Shown here: positions 56,828 to 64,000 of the stretch, piece after piece | Layout: each line of letters begins with the position of its first letter | Position numbering within the stretch: the first letter of the stretch is position 1 | From: Amoebidium appalachense | Lineage: Eukaryota; Protista; Ichthyosporea | Direction of reading: 5' to 3' | Assembly (NCBI GenBank): GCA_963693365.1 | Contig: CAVNZM010000004.1 | Span: 2,065,889-2,129,888, forward strand | Length of the DNA: 64,000 bases | Made by a program: the position numbers and the translations under genes | The notes under the pieces: model-generated | Databases searched by the model: none | The model's input: the letters and a program-made list of their open reading frames with translations, nothing else | What the model was told of the DNA's origin: nothing

Positions 56828-57058
56828 AACACAGAATGTTCATGTGAAATTGGAAATGCGAACTGGTGGCCTGTTCTTGTGTGGTAAGCTTTTATACCGG
56901 ATGTCGCGCAAGCATCAAGCCAATCAGATCACACCCGTCAACCAATCAAGAACCAATTAAAGAGCAAACACAAGATCCACCAATCGGAAATCAGAAGTCA
57001 CATCCAAAGACCTTGCACCAATCAAAGCCACAACATCCCCCCTGATCTGTCGCGCTGC

Positions 57059-57349
57059 CTAGTTCTCTTTATTTTCCATGGGCGGCTCCGGCTCGTCATC
57101 GGGTTCTAACATCCTTTGCATGACAATCGCGGTCATGGCCTGGTTCTTGGGCACCCAGTGCTTGAACCCGCACTTCCGCGCGAGCTCGTCGGGCAGGTCG
57201 ATGTAGCCCTTGTCCGCGAGCTCCCTGGCGTAGCGCTGCTTCTCGCGCTCGGTGTGGCGTTGCGTTTCCTCTGTGGGGACAACCGTGGCCTGGATGACGG
57301 GGGCCTTGCCTGGCTCCTCCTTGAGCTTGTATTCCCAGCGATACGCCAT
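57059..57349 (-). CDS. Small orphan protein, 96 aa
   Basis: ATG ORF with GC3-rich codons. Confidence 0.65.
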   Translation of the reverse strand: MAYRWEYKLKEEPGKAPVIQATVVPTEETQRHTEREKQRYARELADKGYIDLPDELARKCGFKHWVPKNQAMTAIVMQRMLEPDDEPEPPMENKEN

Positions 57350-57464
57350 ACGTGTGGCACCAATAAAAATACAAACAGACGTTTATTGAGTTTGTGTGTT
57401 GTGAAGGCGGGGGCCAGCCCCGCGTGTGTGTAGTTAAATGTACATGGTGTGTGTGCGTGTGTGG

Positions 57465-58414
57465 TCAAGCCTGCGGCGCGCGTGCAAACAGGCCGTGTGC
57501 GACCTCGTAGAACTGGGCCGTTTCACCGACCCTCCACTTCTCGCCGGCGAGCTCGACGACGACGGTATCGGACGTGATGGGGGTGATGAGGCGCGGACGA
57601 GGCGCGCACTCCGTGTCCAAGGAGACGCTTGCAAAGCCCTCCATGACTAGGAAGGAGGGGTGTTCGGGAAGGCACATGCCGCGGACGCGCGGGTGGTAAG
57701 GACTTGCAACGATCCAGACGATGCACAGGTGGCGCAGCCTGCACAGGGTGCGGATAGCGCGCATGAACGACGCGGTCCATACTGCGCGGACAGCGACCAG
57801 GGTCTCCATGTCGTAGGCGCGCCACGGGGTGAAGTGGTTCGTCATGGTCAGGCGCTGGACTGCGCGGATGAAGAGCACGGGGGGCGCGGGGTCGGTGTAG
57901 GTGTCCTCGTCGTCGCTGGGCAGGTCGGTGTCGACGTGTGTGATGCGCACGGTCTTACAGTTTGAGATGCGACCGCGGACGAAGCACGCGGACAACTGGA
58001 CGGCAGAGGCGTTCGCGATGACGCCCTCGATGAACAGGTCACCGTAGAAGGTGACATCGACGGTCTCGAGCGCCGTGCAGGCGTCGAAGCCCACGAGGTG
58101 CAGTGCGGCGTCGGCCTCGAAGAGCTCTGACCTGTTGAGTTGGATCAGACGGTCGCCCTTCTCCGACTGGTCGTCCCATGCGCTCGTTATGCTCAGGTGG
58201 CGGAGGCCGGGGGGCAGCTTGACGGTGATGGACTGGTTCAGATCGCGTGAGAAGAGGGCTACGATGTCCAGGGTGATCACCTCCATGGCGCTCCTGGTCG
58301 AGAAGTCGATCATGACGGTGGGGTGGAACAGGTGCGCCCTGATGTTGGCTTCGAGGTCTGGGTTGTCGACCTCCTCCTTGAGCAGAAAGTACGGTGCCTC
58401 GGTGATAAGCGCCA
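57465..58414 (-). CDS. Orphan protein with degenerate LRR-like beta repeats
   Basis: MALITEAP start; LPPGLRHLSI, ALETVDV, RLRHLCI; AATAAA downstream. Confidence 0.65.
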
Positions 58415-58586
58415 TTCTTGTGTCGGTTCCCGTGTTTGCCCGGTGCGATTCTTGGAGCCATTTTAATGGCCGTTGCCGCTTGGGATACGATGACGTCATC
58501 GCCCAATGGCGATTTCCGCCCAAGAGCGCCCATCCAATCAAGGACGTCCACGAGCACCCACCCAATCGGGAGGTGTCGTTACGTCA

Positions 58587-59639
58587 TCATACCCGAGCCC
58601 GAAGATCGTGCGGACTTCCAGAGCACGGTGCACGTACGTACGTTCTCCAGAGCGTCCAATACAACCCAAACCAACGCATGAGGAACCATGTGCTGTTGCC
58701 CGGATACGAAGCTAATTTTGAGTCGGCTTCGCCGACCGTCTTGAGCCATCCAACATTATCCTTGGTCGAGCAGTAGAAAGACTTGCATTTCGGTTCTGCG
58801 ACGCACGCAGTCTTCACTTCGTCCACCGACCCTTCATCGACCGAATATCCCTTCCGGCGTGCCCGTCATCCAATCGCTGCACCTAATTGGGTCCGGACAC
58901 CGGCCGGCCCGACTGCCAGAGCACAGTTCCGTCGGCGTCGCGCACGTAGGCGACACCGTCGTTCTCGATTGTCAGGATCGCCGTGCCCAGCTTCCCCTTG
59001 CGGTAGGTTTTCGACGCCCATATGACCGCACCCTTTGCGTCGTACACCACCAGATTGTTGTCCTCCTGCATGACGAGAGAGTAGGGCGCGGTACCGTTGT
59101 TGGTCTTGTTGTGTGCCCAGAGGACCTTGTTGCTGCCGCGTTCGGCGACTATGGTGTTCCCATCTCTCTCCTGCACCAGTTTGTACCGACCGTCGGGCGA
59201 CACGATCGCCTCATAGGATGTGCTGGACCCCACGATCTTTTTGCCGCTTCCCACCATGCTACTGGCTGGTGGCTCCTCCTTCTTCACGACAGCGGTGGGG
59301 GCGTTGGGACAGGAGGGACAGTCGGGGCACTTCTCCCTGGGGGGGCAGGTCGGGCAGGTCGGGCACGTGGGGCACTTTGTGGGGGCCAGGGTGGGGCACG
59401 TCGGACAGGTGGGGCAATCCGGGCACTTCTTTTCGGGGGGGCAGACCGGACAGCTGTTGCATATGCCGCAGGGGCGCCTGCACTTGAGGGTGGTGATGTA
59501 GCGGTAAAAGCGGGGCCGGTTGACGTCGTACACGACGAGGAGGACGAACAGGGCACACAGGCACCACACCCACGTAGACACACTGGGGCGGCGGGGGAAA
59601 ACCTGTGACGGGGGCAAGTCCATTTGGTAGACCCACATG
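58587..59639 (-). pseudogene. TM anchor, CPxCP repeats, bulb-type (B) lectin and PAN/apple domain; stop and frameshift before PAN
   Basis: LVMQEDNNLVVYD..VIWAS, LVQERDGN, IENDGVAYV..VLWQS; TAG at 58883-58885, then GRDI and (shifted) VDEVKTACVAEPKCKSF..WLK. Confidence 0.8.
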
Positions 59640-59669
59640 AAAATCGCACACAGTCCTGTTTGGCAAGCT

Positions 59670-60077
59670 TTATTTGAGCGGCTCGCGGCGCAGCGCGGAT
59701 GCCACGCGGGCAGTCCAGGCGCACCTGCCACGCAAGTTCGCGGCGAAGGCCTGATATGGAAGCGTCTGTGAGAACCACTCGCCCTTGTTGACGTCCCAGT
59801 AGCGGAGCCCGTTGTTCTTCGATATGTGGACCCGGGGACAGCTGCGGCAGTCCGGAACGGTCTCGCTGTCAGCGTCGAAGCCCTCGGCGAGGTACTTGTC
59901 GTACAGCGCCTGTCCGCACGCGATTGCGTCGCAGCCCGCGTAGGGTCCAGGGTCGGGCAGTGGACGACCTTCCATGGCCGCACGCACCGACCGCCACACC
60001 GACGCCGCCTGGTGCCGAGCCGCGATTGCAGCAAACGTCAGCGCGCATAGGACACACACAACCAGTACCAGATACAT
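59670..60077 (-). CDS. Small N-terminally anchored Cys-containing protein
   Basis: MYLVLVVCVLCALTFAAIAA hydrophobic start; stop within AATAAA. Confidence 0.65.
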   Translation of the reverse strand: MYLVLVVCVLCALTFAAIAARHQAASVWRSVRAAMEGRPLPDPGPYAGCDAIACGQALYDKYLAEGFDADSETVPDCRSCPRVHISKNNGLRYWDVNKGEWFSQTLPYQAFAANLRGRCAWTARVASALRREPLK

Positions 60078-60123
60078 CACTGTGAGACACCAGCATTACG
60101 TCCAACCCCAAGACCGCGAGCGG

Positions 60124-61482
60124 CTATTTGATCCCAACTAGGACGGTGAAGCGACCGCCGACCCTGTACCCCATCTCATCCACGACGGCCACGCGCAGCC
60201 CCTCGACGTGCTCGAGCGACGTGGCGAGCTGCGGCGACGCCTGTAGGTCTTCGCTGATGCCGCAGGCGGCGCCGTGGACACCCGCGGACACGATGCGGCC
60301 CTGCAGGCTTGTCTCGCCGTGCATGACCGTGACCAGCAGCGCGCCCCGAGGCGCCAGGGGAGGCGTGGACCCGACGATGCACTGGATGTTGTCTGCGGCG
60401 CAGGGAAGCTGTTGGTCGCCTTCGGCCACGGGGGCGTGGTCGCGGCCGTCGAAGTACCTTGCAAGCGGGGGCAACCCGCTGGTGAGGCTGTGACTGACGT
60501 GGCCGCCGACCTCGAAACCCAGGACGCGCGCAAGGCCGCGTGGGACATCGAGGGTGAACGTAGGGACAGTTGCATATGGGGCCCAGTGCTTGACGACGTC
60601 GGGTGTGAGTGTCTTGTGGTGGTGGATGCTGATGACCAGGCGATCGGGAATCGCCAGCTGCGACGGGGACATAAACGAGTAGAGCGTGTGGTGGAACGGC
60701 CACTTGAAGCGGTTGTGGGGGTCACGCTCGTTTGCCAGCTCTCGCCATGCCCAAGGGTTCTCCCGATAGTGTATCTGCGCCAGCTGCAGCACCTCGTGGG
60801 CCAGGTGATCGGCGGGGCCCGAAGTGCGCGGCGCCCACCTGTCCTTTGCGAGGAAGTCTTCTTGGCGGGTCCATGCCTCGCCATTGCGCTCGGCGGCGGC
60901 CTTGATGACGGCCGTGTGTGTGACCTTTGCGTAGTACGGGACTGCATCCGGGAACACGTCGAGGAGGTCTGCGATGTCATCGATGTTATACGAGGGCTTG
61001 TAGCAATCGGCGATGGCCTGATCTAGACGGGCCTCCAATTCAGCGCACAGGGCGCCGATTGTATAGTGCCCGACCGGCAGGTAGATGTCTGCAGTCGAAC
61101 GTGTCCACGAGCCCGGGTGGCGGCCATCTGGCGAGTCGAGGAACGACAGCCCCAGCACCAATCTGTTGGAGCCCTCTGACACGTCGTACACGGAATGCAC
61201 CCGTGCGCCCTCGACGCGAACACCGTGGACCGAGCGGGGAGCGGAGAACTCTATCTTCAGCGGGCCACCATGTGTGTCGCCGCTGACAAAGTGGTATCGC
61301 CAGGGAGCCTGGGACGCTTGGGTCGGGGCGGGTGAGCTCCGGGCGGAGGCATCGCCTACCACTGATGTGCGGGACGGGGTTGGAAGTGCGGGTCCGTGGG
61401 GAAAGGCCCGTCGTGCCATGGCGGCGGAGAAGTCGATGTGTGAAGCCATGTCGTCGAGAATACGGGAGCGCGCCTTCGACAT
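60124..61482 (-). CDS. Putative minor capsid (penton-like, single jelly-roll) protein
   Basis: IEFSAPRSVHGVRV..VYDVSEGSNRL..IYLPVGHYTIGALCAELEARL; LARVLGF; C-terminal LRVAVVDEMG; resembles NCLDV/PLV penton patterns by eye. Confidence 0.62.
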   Translation of the reverse strand: MSKARSRILDDMASHIDFSAAMARRAFPHGPALPTPSRTSVVGDASARSSPAPTQASQAPWRYHFVSGDTHGGPLKIEFSAPRSVHGVRVEGARVHSVYDVSEGSNRLVLGLSFLDSPDGRHPGSWTRSTADIYLPVGHYTIGALCAELEARLDQAIADCYKPSYNIDDIADLLDVFPDAVPYYAKVTHTAVIKAAAERNGEAWTRQEDFLAKDRWAPRTSGPADHLAHEVLQLAQIHYRENPWAWRELANERDPHNRFKWPFHHTLYSFMSPSQLAIPDRLVISIHHHKTLTPDVVKHWAPYATVPTFTLDVPRGLARVLGFEVGGHVSHSLTSGLPPLARYFDGRDHAPVAEGDQQLPCAADNIQCIVGSTPPLAPRGALLVTVMHGETSLQGRIVSAGVHGAACGISEDLQASPQLATSLEHVEGLRVAVVDEMGYRVGGRFTVLVGIK

Positions 61483-61507
61483 CCTACAGGTGGGTGAGCA
61501 TAAAAGC

Positions 61508-61864
61508 TCAGTCCATGACTGTGCAGTTGCACTGCCAACGGGCCTTGGGTCCCGGGGCAGAAGGTGCGGGCGTCATGCTGGGTGTCCACACCCAAGTCTC
61601 GGGGGTAGTGGTGGGGGTGGCTGGGGACGGGGTGACGTCATCATCGGAGGAAATCTGTGACCCAGACCCACTGGCGGGGAAGTCGAGTGGGACCTCATCG
61701 TCTGTCGGCGCGGGGATGCCGGGGGGCCAGACCGCAGGTGCGGTTTCAGCGACGGCCTTGGTGGCTGCGAGACTGGACGCGGGGCCGGTGCTTTGGTATA
61801 TGCACTGTGGAGCAGCGAACGACCCGACGGCAAGGGCGAAGACGGCGTAGAGGTTGTTGAGCAT
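61508..61864 (-). CDS. Small secreted/membrane Pro-Thr-rich protein
   Basis: Signal-like LYAVFALAVGSFA; low-complexity stalk. Confidence 0.55.
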   Translation of the reverse strand: MLNNLYAVFALAVGSFAAPQCIYQSTGPASSLAATKAVAETAPAVWPPGIPAPTDDEVPLDFPASGSGSQISSDDDVTPSPATPTTTPETWVWTPSMTPAPSAPGPKARWQCNCTVMD

Positions 61865-61884
61865 TACTTGTAGCATATAAAATT

Positions 61885-62481
61885 CTAGGCGCCGCGGAGG
61901 TCCAAGACGGCAAGAAACAACGTTATGGCAGGGAACGGGAACATGTCAAGACAGAGCCTGAAGCGCCAGAACCGCGCGATGCATATCGCAACATTGACAC
62001 CCCGAAATCCATATTGGACGCCGAGGTCGTCCGTGTAGACAAACCACGAGGGCATCGGGATGATTGGTAAACCGCCCAAGCCAAGCGAAGCGGCCACTCC
62101 CAGTTCGATACGGGCAGTGGGTAGCGAAGCGGGTGACCAATTTGTGTGGTTAGGTGTACGCGTGTTGATTCTTACGTTAGCGAGGCTTGGCCTCGGTAGT
62201 GTGTGTTTCGCGGCGGTCGTGGCTCCGGTCTGTGAATGTATGAAGACAAATTCTGAGGCATCGGCCCTGTCGTCGGTGAACGTGACGACGTTGTGATCCG
62301 GCAAAGCCTTCCAATACATACGCAGATCCCCAACGCGGGTGCACACGTATGGGTCATCCCTCTGCCATGGCAGTGCCATGCCAGTCTGTTGGGTGTCTGC
62401 CAGATCGGGCGGCCAATCAGTTGGTTCGCTCAGCAGAGCCAGTTGCTTGCTAACGTATCGACCTGAATGAAGGATGTGCAT
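61885..62481 (-). CDS. Orphan protein, possibly degenerate
   Basis: 198-codon ORF co-oriented with neighbours. Confidence 0.45.
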   Translation of the reverse strand: MHILHSGRYVSKQLALLSEPTDWPPDLADTQQTGMALPWQRDDPYVCTRVGDLRMYWKALPDHNVVTFTDDRADASEFVFIHSQTGATTAAKHTLPRPSLANVRINTRTPNHTNWSPASLPTARIELGVAASLGLGGLPIIPMPSWFVYTDDLGVQYGFRGVNVAICIARFWRFRLCLDMFPFPAITLFLAVLDLRGA

Positions 62482-63094
62482 ATCGTGTGGGGGCTAACAA
62501 GACCTGGGCATTTTATTGTGCCACAAGCAGGGGGTGTGCGTACACGCATGTGGATCGCTCTGGGTATACTCTGTTCACGGACATGCAGCCATGTTGTGGC
62601 CGCCGCAGATGCCTTGCCCAGCAAGCTTTATTGAATTGTTGCCACGCGAGATGCGGGCGATGGCAAACTTTAGAACCCCCAATCATACGGTCAAGACATA
62701 CCCATGTACCTACTCCAATCGTCCAACCTTGAATATGCCAAGTCCGAGCCATGTCGGACGCGCAAAACAACCGGCGAAACCTACACAGTCAAACCCGGAA
62801 AGAAATCTAACATCAAAACCCAAAACAATGTTCCCCAAGGGGAAGACTGCTACTTCCGCTTTCTCATAATGGTTAATAGACGCATGCATACGAGTGACAT
62901 CCAACTAGGCACTCCAAGTGCAATAAGGGGTGCTGGTGATACGGCCAATTCGGGGCGATGGGGTGCAATCCACGTCCCCCGCAATGTGAGCGTCTGTAAA
63001 GGGCGGCGGGAATGCTATATGCAGATGAAGTGGGTGACCTCCAAACTCGTCGATTGCGTTCACCAGACGTATGTGGGCTGTGCCTTGATCTCTG

Positions 63095-63643
63095 TCAAGC
63101 GGTGATGGTAGTGGGATGTGGGGTGGTCGGAGTGTTAGCGGTGTGTTTTTTTGTCTCGTGTGTGGGTTCGTCGTGAGGGAGTCTCGCCAATTCCGCGATT
63201 GTGCGCACCTTCGGGGTATTCAAAGTACAACACTTGTCGGCGATTTGGAAGATGGCGTGATTGGCGTCTTGCATGTATGGAACCGTGATAAGACCCACCA
63301 CGGAGACAACCGAGACAAGTCGGGCGAGTTGTGACACAAGCGAGGCGTCCTCCTTCCGCAATAAAAATCTCATCAGGACGTGTCGCATTGGACGCAGTAG
63401 ACTGAAGTCTACCTCTGATATCAGGGCTTGGACACACTCCTTGCAGAAAGCGGCATGGCTATTCAGCATATCGACATCCGCCCCGTCGATGGCCGACGAC
63501 ACGACAACCAAGTCCGGGTTGTCGTCGAACGACCCATAATAAGACTTTACTTCGTCTGTGATACACTTGATGTAGCTTGTTCTGTGCTCCGCAGGAAGCG
63601 TGGCGGGCAGACCATAGAAACTCCGGAAACCGGAGTTCGACAT
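63095..63643 (-). CDS. Orphan protein
   Basis: MSNSGFRSFYG ORF; CCAAT and TATA-like motifs upstream. Confidence 0.6.
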   Translation of the reverse strand: MSNSGFRSFYGLPATLPAEHRTSYIKCITDEVKSYYGSFDDNPDLVVVSSAIDGADVDMLNSHAAFCKECVQALISEVDFSLLRPMRHVLMRFLLRKEDASLVSQLARLVSVVSVVGLITVPYMQDANHAIFQIADKCCTLNTPKVRTIAELARLPHDEPTHETKKHTANTPTTPHPTTITA

Positions 63644-64000
63644 CGTGATTCGCAAAACTAGAAACGTATTCTGGTAGTCGAATGGATGAATAATGAAGCA
63701 TTGGGTATGCGTCGTTCCTCTTTATACCATTTGATTCAGATGCGTATAAGCAAATGCAAACGATTGGTGTATGATGGCGTTATGTGTGCTGATGTAACCA
63801 ATCGCTGCTCTCCATCCGCATGAATTCCTAGTGTGTGGTATGAGCTCACTTTATCAGGAACCAATGAAAAAAACGACGAATTGGATTGTAGTGTTTACAT
63901 CTTCAATTCGCATCAAATTTGATAATGATTTGCGCCCAATCAACAACGGCGACTCAAAATTCGGGATGATTCAGAACGGCGACTCAAAATTAGGCGTGTC

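Larger units (their letters stand above)
51974..64000. mobile_element. Endogenous large dsDNA virus segment (Varidnaviria-like); continues beyond the window; left boundary approximate
   Basis: Intronless tightly packed ORFs, loss of host poly-G/C tracts and long microsatellites after ~53.05 kb, penton-like ORF, CPxCP-lectin gene, terminal palindrome and repeats. Confidence 0.75.

Noticed and set aside
58051-61660. Long plus-strand ORFs in the viral block
   Set aside because: Antisense shadows of GC3-rich minus-strand genes

Overview
Eukaryotic genomic DNA, probably from a unicellular opisthokont (ichthyosporean-like holozoan or early-diverging fungus; inference from gene content). Positions 1-51.9 kb are host-type DNA with GT-AG introns, poly-G/C tracts and microsatellites. 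This part holds a complete 4-exon DEP-DHEX-RGS gene lacking a GGL domain, a 3'-truncated class C GPCR with a sugar-binding-protein-like ectodomain, fragments of an intron-rich ParB/Srx-like gene, and the 3' half of a SAM methyltransferase. It also carries nested mobile elements: two LINEs, a SINE-like element sharing a LINE tail, a PAT-like DIRS element containing a solo LTR, and a TRIM whose LTRs each contain a tRNA-like gene. From about 51.97 kb to the window end the DNA changes abruptly. A ~500-bp GC-rich fold-back palindrome and tandem repeats lead into an intronless, gene-dense, homopolymer-free block with a penton/minor-capsid-like ORF, a CPxCP/B-lectin/PAN pseudogene, orphan ORFs and CCAAT-rich spacers. 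This is best read as the terminus of an endogenised large dsDNA virus. All assignments are by eye; no searches were run.
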